A stretch of 60,000 nt of DNA from Felis catus (Eukaryota): contig NC_058369.1 in the NCBI RefSeq assembly GCF_018350175.1, positions 4,962,001 through 5,022,000 of the forward strand. Direction: 5' to 3'. The notes beneath the pieces are model-generated. The model searched no databases. It saw only the letters and a program-made list of their open reading frames with translations, and was not told the origin of the DNA. Shown here piece after piece: positions 1 to 54,459 of this stretch. A program made the translations under genes and the position numbers. Numbering within the stretch: the stretch's first letter is position 1; every line of letters begins with the position of its first letter.

Positions 1-657
1 AAGGCTAGGGGCGCCTTTCCACTGACTGGCTCAGTCAGTGGTGGGTGTGATTCTTGATCTGGGGCCATGAGTTCAAGCTCACGTGGGGTGTGGAGATGAC
101 TTACAAATAAAATTAAAATCTTAAAAAAGAAAAATGGTAGCACCCTCACTGAAACGTTCTGCAAGTATAAAATATATGATACCTCAAAGGCTTAGATGAT
201 CAAGTAAATGCATCTTTCATAATTTTGAGGTATTAATAGGTTATTCTCAAATATGAACAGATGGTTATAACAGTATTATGAGTCTGATGATGCTTTTTTC
301 AACATATTTTTCAACATATTTTTTAACATATTTACCACATGTTGAAAGAATAATGTTTTGGAGACATCTGGTTAAAAAAATGTACAATAAAATTGATGTC
401 ACCTCCTCTTTTTATATGGGGCTACCAGAAAATTTAAAATGACATGCAGCTTGCATCGTATTTCTGGTGGACAGTGCTGACCTACAGGAGTGAAGATGAC
501 TGCAAAAGTGATGGTTAATTTGTGATTCAACAGCTACTAGGCTATATTCAAGCACTGGGTTGATGCAAGCAAAATGTGCAAAAGCTTTATCATATTAAAA
601 ATGTTACACTAAAAAAATAAATAAAAATAATGTTGCACCAAAGGTGTATTAAAATTT

Positions 658-1370
658 GGGGCGCCTGGGTGGCTCAGTCGGTTAAGCGTCCGACTTCAGC
701 TCAGGTCACGATCTCGCGGTCCGTGAGTTCGAGCCCCGCGTCGGGCTCTGTGCTGACAGCTCAGAGCCTGGAGCCCGTTTCAGATTCTGTGTCTCCCTCT
801 CTCTCTCTGCCCCTCCCCCGTTCATGCTCTGTCTCTCTCTGTCTCAAACATAAATAAACGTTAAAAAAAATGTTACACTAAAAAAATAAATAAAAATAGT
901 GTTGCACCGGGGCGCCTGGGTGGCACAGTCGGTTGAGCGTCCGACTTCAGCCAGGTCACGATCTCGCGGTCCGTGAGTTCGAGCCCCGCGTCGGGCTCTG
1001 GGTTGATGGCTCAGAGCCTGGAGCCTGTTTCGGATTCTGTGTCTCCCTCTCTCTCTGCCCCTTCCCCGTTCATGCTCTGTCTCTCTCTGTCCCAAAAATA
1101 AATAAACGTTGAAAAAAAAATTAAAAAAAAAATAGTGTTGCACCAAGAAGCATATTAAAATTTGGAGCACCGGGTTGGCTCAGGTGGTTCAGCGTCTGAC
1201 CCCTGATTTCAACTCAGGTCATGATCTCCAGGTTCCTGAGTCGGAGCCTGGCCTCAGGCTCTGAGGTGACGGTGTGGAGACTGCTTTGGATTCTCTTTCT
1301 CCTTCTCTCTCTGCCCCCCCCCCCCCCCACTCTCTCTCAGTCTCTCAAAACTAAGTAAATATTTTTAAAA
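658..1370 (+). mobile_element. Cluster of three CAN-SINEs (about 658-865, 909-1130, 1164-1370)
   Basis: ggggcgcctgggtggctcagtcggtt heads, (CT)n bodies, A tails. Confidence 0.9.
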
Positions 1371-1557
1371 TGCAGTTAAAAAAGAAATATATTATAATTT
1401 AATAATTTTTGTGTGTCTATTCTTCAGTGTTGAAAAAAATAGAGACTTGAACAAAATCCTTATTTGCTAACCTACAGTCATTATTCATCATTCTCAGGGG
1501 GTCTGTTATAGTCACGGGAAGTAGTTATCATTTCTTATCTACTATTCATTTTTACAT

Positions 1558-1775
1558 TTTTTTAATGTTTATTTATTTTTGAGAGGCGGAGCTGGAATGG
1601 GGGAGGGGCAGAGAGAGGGAGACACAGAATCTGAAGCAGGCTCCAGGGTCTAAGCTGTCAGCACAGAGCCGGACGCAGGGCTCGAACCCATGGACCATGA
1701 GATCATGACCTGAGCCAAACTCAGACACTTAACCAACTGAGCCACCCAGACGCCCTCCGCTCCCTGTTTTCACAT

Positions 1776-1813
<38 letters not shown>

Positions 1814-2014
1814 ATGTTTATTTATTTTTGAGACAGAGAGAAACAGAGCATGAATGGGGGAAGGTCAGAGAGAGAGGGAGACACAGAATCTGAAGCGAAT
1901 CCAGGGTCCGAGCTGTCAGCACAGAGCCCGACACGGGGCTCGAACTCACGAACCGTGAGATCATGACCTGAGCTGAAGTCAGATGCTCAACCGACTGAGC
2001 CACCCAGGCGCCCC
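1558..2014 (-). mobile_element. Two reverse CAN-SINEs (about 1558-1756 and 1812-2014)
   Basis: Reverse-complement SINE heads (gccacccaggcgcccc) and T-rich tails. Confidence 0.88.
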
Positions 2015-2593
2015 TCTGTTTTCACATTCTTAAAGCCAGATTTAATTTACTCTGGTGGGTGAAAAACCAGCTTTTGCACCACAAACAGGAGGCTACCTCC
2101 AGGGAAACAAAACGGTTCTGTTTTGTTAAATACGGGCCAGCTCACGTTGTGCCTGCAGAAAGCAGACCTGCTCTCTCCTTGCTAATCCAACTCAGTCAAG
2201 ACCTACAGAGGAGGTGAGGACATCCTTGCACCAGACTTAGCTCTTCCCTTGAACAAGCTGGAAGGAGCGAGAGAGAACCACACACAGAGTGACCTCTGAC
2301 CACCATCCGTGTTATGTTTGAGGCAGAGAAACGCCTACTCTCCGTGACCCTGGAAGGACAGCTACATGTCACCGCATGTTGGTCCAAACCCATGGAAGGT
2401 ACATCACTGAAAGGGAACCCTAGCTTTTGACTGCAGTTGATGATAATGTATCAGTGTTGTCCCAGAGATTTTGGCAAAGGTACCACCGAATGCAAAAAAG
2501 GGTTAGAGACGGGAATTGGGGGGAATTGAGGAGTGAGTGGTAATTCTCAGTTGTTTCTGTAAACCTAAATTGTTTAAGAAAAGCCATAAATTA

Positions 2594-3873
2594 GGGGCCC
2601 CTGGGTGGCTCAGTCGGTTGGGCGTCCGACTTCGGCTCAGGTCATGATCTCACAGTTTGTGGGTTTGAGCCCCGTGTCGGGCTCTGTGCTGACAGCTTGG
2701 AGCCTGGAGCCTGCTTCAGATTCTGTGTCTCCCTCTCCCTGCTCATGCTCTGTCTCTGTCTCCCTCAAAAATAAATAAACATTAAAAAATTTTTTAAGAA
2801 AACCCATTAATTAAAAAAAAAATCAACCAGGGGCCTGGGTGGTTCAGTCGGTTAAGCATCCAACTTCAGCTCATGTCTGATCTTATGTTTTGTGAGTTCG
2901 AGCCCCACATCTGGCTCTGTGCTGACAGCTCAGAGCCTGGAGCCTGCTTCAGGTTCTGTGTTTCCCTCTCTCTGCCCCTCACCTTCTCGAGATCTCTCTC
3001 TCTCTCAAAAAAAAAAAAACAAAAACATTTACAAAAATAAAATATGTTTGGCTTCAATAATGACTCACACTCATCGAACATCTGTAATGTGCCAGGCACC
3101 ATTTTAAGGGCTCCCCACGTATTAACTCAAAAAACTCTCTGCACAACACTTTGAGTGGCTACTATTTGTATTATGCCTGTTTTATGGATGCACACAGAGA
3201 GGGTGAGTAACTTGACTCAGGCCACACAGCTGCCTAGCGGACGACCTGGGATTTGAATCCAGACATTTAAGCTTGAGGAGCTCCCTGCTTGTAACTCTGC
3301 TGACTCTGCATTCATGGTATCTCAGGAGTCTAAAATTTCCAAGTTCCACTGGCAACCATCCTAAAATATAAATTCTGAACCTCTAAGATGGCGTTCCGGA
3401 AAGGTTCATCCCCTGGTGATCTTGGGCAAGTGACCTGCCTTCCCTAGCTTCAGTATCCTCATTTGTCGGAGAATAAATGTACCAACCTCAGAGGGTTCTT
3501 GTGAGCACTGAATGAGATAATGTGTTGGGAGTTAAAAATGGTACCAGGTAAAGGGCGTCTGGGTGGCTCAGTCAATAAGCATCTGACTCTTAGTTTCGGC
3601 TCAGGTCATGATCTCGGGGTCTCATGAGTTTGAGCCCTGCATTGGCCAGTAGCTCAGAGCCTACTTGGGATTCTCTCTCTCTCCCCGTCTCTCTGCCCCT
3701 TCCCTATTCATGCTATCTCTCTCTCTTTCTCTCTCTCAAAATAAATAAATAAACTTTAAAAAAATTGTACCTGGTAAAACACAGCGTCCAACATGAGGCT
3801 CAAACTCATGAACCGTGAGATCATGATTGGAGCCTAGTTCAGACACTTAACAGACAGAGCAACCCCATTCCCC
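2594..3873. mobile_element. CAN-SINEs at about 2594-2790, 2830-3030 and 3553-3760 (+), a partial one at 3785-3873 (-), and MIR-like sequence at about 3070-3520
   Basis: SINE consensus heads and tails; MIR-like 'ggcaagtgacc...ctcatttgt'. Confidence 0.8.
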
Positions 3874-4838
3874 TAACATACCTCCCTTTTAATGTTTCAA
3901 TATTTTTTCACCTACTTTAATGCTCAGCGAAAAAATTGACCTTTAAAATGTACCTAAATCAGGCATGGTGGGGGGGGCCGGGGCACACTCATTTTCCCTC
4001 TTGCCTCAAACTCCGGGATGGCTCAGTTCAGTGATGGCTTCTATTTACAATGGAGATATTTTGTTCATCATGGGTTTTTTTTTTTTTTTGTATTCACGTT
4101 GATTTTTTCAAAATGATCACCTGAAAGTATCACACATCTGCCTTAAAATTAGTGCCTCCCTCTCCTCACCCTGCTCCGAGGCCTGTCTGAGACCACCCCC
4201 ATTAGGCCAGGGCTCCCCAGCTCCCTGTGGTGGGCCTCCTACCCCCTGGTTACCTTTTTTTTTTTTTGCCAAGTTTCACAATCTGGCCGCCAATGTTGCA
4301 ATCATACATTTCATCCTGCTACCTCCTTCATATTTTCTTAATGGATTTACCCATCACCCTGTCAACACCACCCCTTAAGCGTGTTTGTTGTTGCAAATTA
4401 TTCTGTATGTCCTTATATCTGTGTCCAAACCTATAGATCGTACAACACTGAGAGTGAACGCTCATGTCAATGATGAACTTGGGGTGACGATAGGCGTGTC
4501 AGTGTCACGAATACGCCATGCTGGTGAGGGATGCTGATAGTGCATGTCTGCGCGGGGCAGACTGTGTGCGTCAGGGGTGGGTAGACTGGATGTATGTGGG
4601 AACTCTCTGTACCTTCCCCTCAATTTTGCTGTCAACCTCAAACTGCTCTCGAAAGAAAATCTATTTACAAAAGGCGCTGACTCGTCACCCACAGAGCAGG
4701 ATCTGACACCCCCACTTGTCACCTGGGAGCAGTGTGTCAGCCACCAAGAAACAGGGGATCTCTCTGGATGGGATGAGAAAACGCCCAATGGCCCTGGGAT
4801 CCCTGACTCGTGAGCATGGGGCCACCACCTTCTCTCAC

Positions 4839-25566
<20,728 letters not shown>

Positions 25567-25644
25567 GGTGCAGGGACAGTGGAGGGACAGAGGGAAGGAG
25601 GAAGCGGACTGGGAGGGAATGAGCAGAGGCTGCTGGAGGCTGCC

Positions 25645-25750
25645 TTTTATCTGGCTCCCGCCTCCCCCCTGCAACCTCAGCCCAGCCCGCAGCTCCCGTG
25701 GCTTCCCCCTTCCTGGAGCTGCCCCAGATTTCTCAATACCATTTCCTAAG
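25645..25750 (-). promoter_or_regulatory. C3 proximal promoter of copy A: TATA-like GATAAAA plus two C/EBP-type sites
   Basis: GATAAAA at 25651-25645, about 80 nt upstream of the ATG. CTTAGGAAATGGTATTGAGAAAT at 25750-25728 resembles the acute-phase C/EBP element of the human C3 promoter. Confidence 0.7.
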
Positions 25751-28419
25751 TTTTCGATCCCTGGGGCCAGTGTGTCCTGGGGTAACTAACCCAAGGGCAT
25801 GTCCTCCAGCAAGATGGACACACCTTCCCCCTGCCAAGGTCTCCCTCAGGGTCAAGGTCAGTTAGTAAACAGGGACCTTTCCCTGTTGCACCTACTTAGC
25901 GGTGGAGGAACACTGAGGGCCAGAGAGCTCCCCACCCCAGGTATCTGGGCTTGGCGCCCAGTCAGTTTCTGGCCATGCATTTGTTAACCAATGCCTTCCT
26001 ATGGGTTCGTCTCTATGCCCATTGTGCCCGGAAGTGTGGGAGAGGGATGGCAGGCAAGATAAGCCAGCAGGGGAGAGAGAGGAGGAGGCCTGGAGGATGG
26101 GATTCCCCTGTTAGCTGGCGTGCCCTGCCCAACATTCCAGGTATGGACAGCCGGAGAGCCAGGCTGCCTGGGTTGAGGCTAAGTGGGGTCTCTGGAAGGC
26201 ACTTAACCCTAACACAGTATTGGCTATGTGTCCCCGATTCCAGTTGAACTGGTGTCCTGAGTTTCGTCTGGCACCCCAGCTGGAGGAAGGAGAAGAAGGG
26301 GAAGGAAGGGGGAGGCTTTCTGGGTGGAGGGAGCCCAGGCACCCCTCTCCCCCAACCCCCTTGAGTGCAGTGATTTCCCTGCTGCACCCCCCACCCTCAC
26401 CCTTGAGTTGGTGCCAGACCTGGGAACAGCAGGGACTGCCCCTCCCCTCCTGGCCCCCCACTTCCAGGATGGGGTCCTTGCTACACTGCTTTCTGAGATT
26501 TTCCCTCCAGGACCCACGGCCAGGGCACCTCCCCCACCATGCAGCCCAGGCCTCCCCTTCTCCCCCTACTCATTACTCATTAACTGGAAGGTAAACTTGG
26601 CCCGGCTGGATCTGATCTGCCCCATGGCTGCTTCCCCCGCTCCCCTGCACCCCTGACTCAAGCTCAGGAGAGGCCTGAGCATCAGGGACCCCCACCCTGG
26701 AGGGTGCAGGGGCAGGCTGGACATTCACAGCCATGAATGTCCCTCTGAGCATTGGATGACAAGCCAGTGGCATGGGGCAGGCAGAGGCTCAGCCTGGTGC
26801 CCCGCACGTGGTGAGGCCCCACTGCACATGGACTGTATGTTTATTGTTTCCAACACCTGCTTCTCTTCCTCACCTTGTTTCGCTGACAGCCCTGCCCGTC
26901 CTCCAAGCCGTCCCCCATCGTCCTCCCTCTCCCCTGCACTCACTGTCCCAGTCCATCTGTCTGTTGTCTGCACCCCTGTGGTCTGTGGCCTCCCTGCTGC
27001 AGAATCACTTCTTCCAGCCCATGTACACACACAATATCATATTTCATTCCCTGTGAAGTGGGCACGCTTATTATCACACCCATTTTACAGATGAGGAAAC
27101 TGAGGTTCAGAGAAGTGAATTGACTTGCACTGGGCTACACTTAATCTGTCTCCTGTCCTGCACACACGTGCACAGAGACATGCACAGTGACACAGGAGAC
27201 CCACCTGCCACAAGCCATGAACCCCTACTCACCAGCAGGGGTGTGGCCATCTCCCCCAGCAGCCGGCAGCAGCAGCAGGAGGCCCAGGCCCAGCTGGCAC
27301 GCACTGCAGGGCTGTCTTCACCTGTGGCTGCGCCCCAGCCTCGTGAATGGGATGTCTGTCTGTCCATCCACCATATACACTGAGGGCCATAGAACTGTCT
27401 CCCCATGCCTGAGCAGATGAGGTCCTGAGTCACCTCAGGGCAGGGCTAGCATGGCTGGGTCCCTGAGGGCAGGGAAGAAACCACAATTGACCAATGGTCC
27501 TGGGCTTCACACGCTGCAGACAGGCGCCTATGGGTACCTGGGTTCAGCCTTTGGTCACTCCGCGATCAAATATTTATAGATACGTGTGTGCCAGGCACTG
27601 TTCTAGGTTTGAGGCCACAGCTGTGAACAAGACAGACAAAAGTCCCTGGTGTTAAGGAGCTCCCATTGTTGGGGTGAGAGACAATGAGCCTCGTAAAGAA
27701 GAAAATACTATAGAGTGTTTGAGATGGTGGATAAGGAAGTGCAAACTACAAGAGTGGTTTGTGTGTGTGTGTATGCTGTGTGTATGTGTGCATGGAGATG
27801 AGTGCAGGTGCAGGCATGCATGTTGGTGCATCTATGCACACATGCGGGTGTGTGCAGGTGTGTGCATGTAGGTGCGTGTGCGTGTCCGATGTGCATGAGT
27901 GTTCACGTGCACGGGTGTGTGCAGGAGCAGACACACATACGCCTGCATGTGTGGATGTGTGTACATGTGCATGAGTGTGCCTGTGAGTGTGTGTGTGCAT
28001 GCGTGCATGCATGGATGCAAGTTCAAATTGGAACTCACAGACAGGTGGTGTAACCACCAGCCGCTAGGTTAACTAGGCTGAATCCAAGGCCTGGAAGTCG
28101 TCCCGGGGGCACCTCGAACTGGCCTGAGTAGCCCTCTTTCTCTTCTCCCCCACATCCCACCTTTTCGCAAGCCCTGGCCATTCAGTCTCAGCGTCTGATC
28201 TGAACCCAGCTGCCCGTTTCCAGACCCACTGCTACTGCCTTTGCTAAGTGCTGTGGGCTGAGCGTCTGTGCCCCTCCCCCGTTCATTTGGTGATGTCCTG
28301 ATCACCTACCTGATGGCCTCTGTAGGTGGGGCCCTGGGGAGGCGGTCAGGTCAGGAGGGTGGAGTCTTCCTGAATGGGCTGAGTGCCCCTGACGGGAGAC
28401 TCTCTCCCTCCCTCTCTCC

Positions 28420-28632
28420 CTCTTCCTCTCCGTCTCTGCCATTTGAAGACGTTTGAGGACCCAGTGAGAGGGCCACTGTCTACAAGCCAGGAACAGAGCC
28501 CTCACCAGAGCCCGACCAAGCTGGCACCTGTGTCTCAGACTTCCAGCCTCCGGAACCCTGAGAGATGCATGTCTGCCGTTTGAGGCGCCCGGTGTAGGGC
28601 ATCTTGTTACAGCCGCCAGACTGCACTAACAC
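28420..28632 (+). mobile_element. MaLR (MLT/MST-like) LTR 3' part
   Basis: gagccctcaccagag...gacttccagcctcc...ttgttacagc...actaacac. Confidence 0.6.
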
Positions 28633-30317
28633 ACTAGGGCATCCGTCATTTCTGGCCTGACTCTTGCAGTGGTTTCCAGCTGGACGTTCTCTCTGCCTCT
28701 TGCCACCTCATAATTCATTCTCTGCCCTCTACAAGTGTGAACTTGTGTATTTGTTTCCTTTAATTTATATGGCTTAATTTAATTTACTATTTTCTTTTAT
28801 TTTAGAGGTGAAATTCACCTAACATAAAAGCAACCATTTTAAAGTGAGCAGTTCAGCGGTATTTAGGGCATTTCCACAGTCGGACAACTCTGTCTGGTCC
28901 CCAGACGTTTTCAGCGCCTCGAAAAGTAAGCCCATATCCATAAAGGAGTCCCCATCCCCCAGGCCTCCCAGCCCTTGGCAACCACTAGTCAGCTTTCCTG
29001 CTCTATGGAGTTAACTGTCCTGAATAGTTCAGGTATTTCATAAAAGTGGAAATACTCAACCTGTGGTCTTTTGTGTCTGGCTTCCTTCACTGAGTATGTT
29101 TTCAAGTCTCAGCCAGGTCCTTCTTTGTTAGGGCTGAGGAATGTTCTGTTGTATGGACACATCCCAGTTTGCTTGCCCATTCACGCACTGAGGGATGCTT
29201 CAGTCGTTTCCACCTTTGGGCTACTGGGCAAAGTGCTGCTATGAGCATGCTCGCACGTATATTTGTCTGGGTACCAGCTTCCAAGTCTTTGGGCAGATAG
29301 CTAGGATTGGAATTGCTACCATCAGCTTTCCAAACACATAAGTCAGCCTTCATGTCTTCTCTGCTTAAAATATTGCAGTGGCTTCCCACGGAGGCCTCAG
29401 GGGCTAGCACATTACGCCTCGTGGCCCAAATCCGGCCATCCCCCTCTGTGTGTATGGGTCGGCTCACTTTAGTGAGCTGCAGATACCCACCAGGGGCTTC
29501 CTTCTCTGCCTGTTCCCCACTCTGCTCCCAGTGCCCACCTCCCTGACTCACAGCCAACATCTCACCACGTCCACGCCCTGTGCTGGTCATACTGGCCGCC
29601 ACCTACATGTTGGAGAATCCTGTGTTGGTAACTACAGGGCACTGAGTGAATGAATCTCATCCTGGGGGTTGGTGGCTCAGCGAGTTGCCTTGCCTTTGAC
29701 AAGCTCATCCAGAAGAGAAAGTAGACCTTGGGATGGAAAGGTTGGCTGGGATCTGGGTATCACTGGATCAGAGAGAAACGGACCTTGGGGTCACCTCCTA
29801 CTGCTTCCACCTTTCTGGATCTCCAAACTGCTCCCCTTTGAGTGAATCCTTTATCATGGAGAGAACAGCTCTGGCTGCTGGGCATAGAGGATGCCCCCCA
29901 CCCAGGAGGGCCCATCCCAGGTGAAGAAGGCATGGTGGGACACAAGTTTCCTCTCTTGTTTTATAAGTACCTTCATGATCTCCTCGATTTTATCTTGGCC
30001 CTCAAACCTTAAGATATTTACTATCTGGCCCTTTATAGAAAAAGCTTGGCCTTCCCCTGAGCTTAGAGTAGACACAAAGTGATCTTCACTATCTTGAAGT
30101 CCATACCCTGTGCTCACTTGGCCTCAGGCATCTTGAGGACTTTGTATATACTGTTTCCTTCATCTGGAATGTTCTTTTCCAGATTCTCCATGCCTGGCTC
30201 CTCCTTGTCATCTGTGTGTTGGCTCAAGACTTCCCTCCTGACAGAAGCTATCCCTGTATTCCCTGACCATATACATTAGTCAGGGCTCTCCAGAGAAAGA
30301 ACCAGTAATATCTCTAT

Positions 30318-30790
30318 CTGTCCATCCACCCACCCACCCATCCATCCATCTGTCCATCCATCCATCCATCCATCCATCCATCCGACCATCCATCCCTAAA
30401 TCCATCCATCCATCCATCCATCCATCCATCCATCCATCTGTCCATCCGTCCATTTATCCATCCATCTATCCAACCACCCATTTTGCAATACACCCATCCA
30501 TCCATCCATTCATCTATTCATCCATTTGTCTGATCATCCATGCATCCATCCATCTACCTGCCCAACCATAAATCCATCCATCTGTTCATCCTTCCATCCA
30601 TCCATCCATCCATCCATCCATCCATCCAACCATCCATTTGTCCATCCATCCATCCATCCATCTGTCCATTCGCCCATTTATCCATCCATCCATCCATCCA
30701 TCCATCCATCCATCCATTTGACCATGCATTCATCCATCCATCTATATATTCATTCATCTCTTCATCCACCCATCCATACATCCATTCATC
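30318..30790. repeat. (TCCA)n microsatellite array
   Basis: Read directly. Confidence 0.95.
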
Positions 30791-31794
30791 TATTGCCTAC
30801 TATCTATCATCTATCTATGTTTTCTATCCACCACTTAACGATTTATATGTATTATCTATGTATGTATGTATGCATGTATGTATCTATGTATCTATCGATG
30901 ATCTGCATGCACACACGCATACACACACACACACACAATTTATTTTGAGGAATTGGCTCATGTGACTATCGGGTTCATCAAGTGACTATCGATGGAACAC
31001 ATCAACTCCACGCTGTCTTTAGAATGTGAGTTTCAAAGATCATATCTGTGTTGTCACAGTGTGGAACCACAGGTGCTCAAACAAAAAAATACCAATGTAT
31101 TAAAAAAAAAAGGAAGAAAATTAATCCTAGGGCAGAAGAAAGGGAGAAATTGGCATGAAAAACATGACAAGAAGGACATAAAGGCGGGTGGGCAGACGTC
31201 TGGTCAGATGTCACCTAGTGAGGCTGGGACACCTAGTGAGTGGTGAGAATTTTTGAGTCTCCCCTTGACAGGGGTGCCTGACAACCAAGAATGGAAGTAG
31301 CAGGGTGACTGTGAATATATTTCTCCCATATTCCTGAAATTGGGAGGTGGGGCTTACAGGCACTCGAGGTCTTAGGGGAAATGGGTGACTGCCAGTCTCA
31401 GGACTTTTCTCATGATGACCTCATCTACAGCCAGGAACTGGATCCCACCATCCATAGACCAAGACTTACTAGTGGTGTTATTAATCAGAAGAGGCATCCA
31501 GGGGCCCAGGTTCCTACAACAGCCAGTGAAATGATTTGCCTGTGACTGCTGCCCCCTGCGCAGCTCAGGTGATGCTGTGACCACAATGCCCACCTCCCCC
31601 CCACCCCTGCAATCTGCTCTTGAAAATGGACTCATGCCTTCCCCTCCCTGGGTCACTCAAATATCCGGTGAAAACCTTGCCAGCCCTGCCCCTTATTGCC
31701 GCCGCCTGGGAACAGCCAGGAGGAATGCAGGCAAAGTAGTGAATGGAGTTGCACACACCCTAGAGATGATGGGCAAATGGAAAGAAGGTGAGAA

Positions 31795-32270
31795 CAGGTG
31801 GGGAAGAAGGTGAGGAGGTGGAGGATCTGGGTGGGGAGGAAGGTGAGGAGGCAGAGGATCCAGGTGGGAGGAAGGAGAGGAGCAGGAGGATCCCGGTGGG
31901 GAGGAAGGTGAGGAGGCAGAGGGTCCAGGTGGGAGGAAGTTGAGGAGGGGAGGATCCAGGTGTGAAGGATGGTGAGGAGGCGGAGCATCCAGGTGGGAGG
32001 AAGGTGAGGAGGTGGAGGATCCAGGTGCGAGGAAGGTGAGGAGGTGGAGGATGCAGGTGGGAGGACGGTGAATAGGGGGAGGATCCAGATGGGAGGAAGG
32101 TGAGGAGGGGGAGGATCCAGATGGGAGGAAGGTGAGGAGGTGGAGAATCCAGGTGGAAGGAAGGTGAGGAGGGGGAGGATCCAGATGGGAGGAAGGTGAG
32201 GATCCAGGTGGGAAGAAGGTGAGGAGGTGGTGGATCCAGGTGGGGATGAAGGTGAGGAGGCAGAGGACTG
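31795..32270. repeat. Purine-rich minisatellite with a unit of about 30 bp (ggatccaggtgggaggaaggtgaggaggtgga)
   Basis: About 15 imperfect copies. Confidence 0.9.
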
Positions 32271-32652
32271 TGGAGCCTCGTGCATAATGATGCTCTTGAG
32301 GGCTGGGGTAAAGCAGGTGAGGATACTGGTACCCACACAGTGGATGAGAGAAGGATGTAGGTGAAGATACTGGTGAGGACCCAGAGGAGGAGGCAGAGGA
32401 CACACAGGTCACGATGCACGTGGAAAGAAAGCAAGTAGGTGAGCACTTGGCGCAAATGCAGGCTCACTTCAGACTACGTGCAGGTGCAGTGCAGGTGCAT
32501 GTGGGCACGGGCTCCCCGGGGGAGGAAGCAAACGTGCAGGTGATCCACAAGGAGGAAGGAGTTGCAGGGGAGGAAGCAGGGGATCACAGCTGCCTCTTCC
32601 TCCCTCTCCGAGACCTTCCGACTTTGGGAGACACATGAACTCTCAGTGAAGC

Positions 32653-32658
32653 TTTATT
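32653..32658 (-). terminator. Polyadenylation signal AATAAA of C3 copy B
   Basis: tttatt on the + strand, 20 nt past the stop codon, consistent with the very short C3 3'UTR. Confidence 0.85.
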
Positions 32659-32678
32659 GTGGGGACTGTGGGCAGGGG

Positions 32679-54372
<21,694 letters not shown>

Positions 54373-54459
54373 CTGGAAGGCATGGGTGAGGAGGAGACAA
54401 ATCTGGGTTGAGAACAGACCCATTTCTCCACTGTCCCCAGAGATACTTATCTCTACACA

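Noticed and set aside
630..3107. Recurrent short ORFs of the '[15 protein letters not shown]' type
   Set aside because: Translations of CAN-SINE sequence, not genes; the tRNA-derived heads are not functional tRNAs.
31653..32467. Three overlapping 235-250 aa Pro/Ser/His-rich ORFs
   Set aside because: Translations of a stop-poor minisatellite in all three frames.
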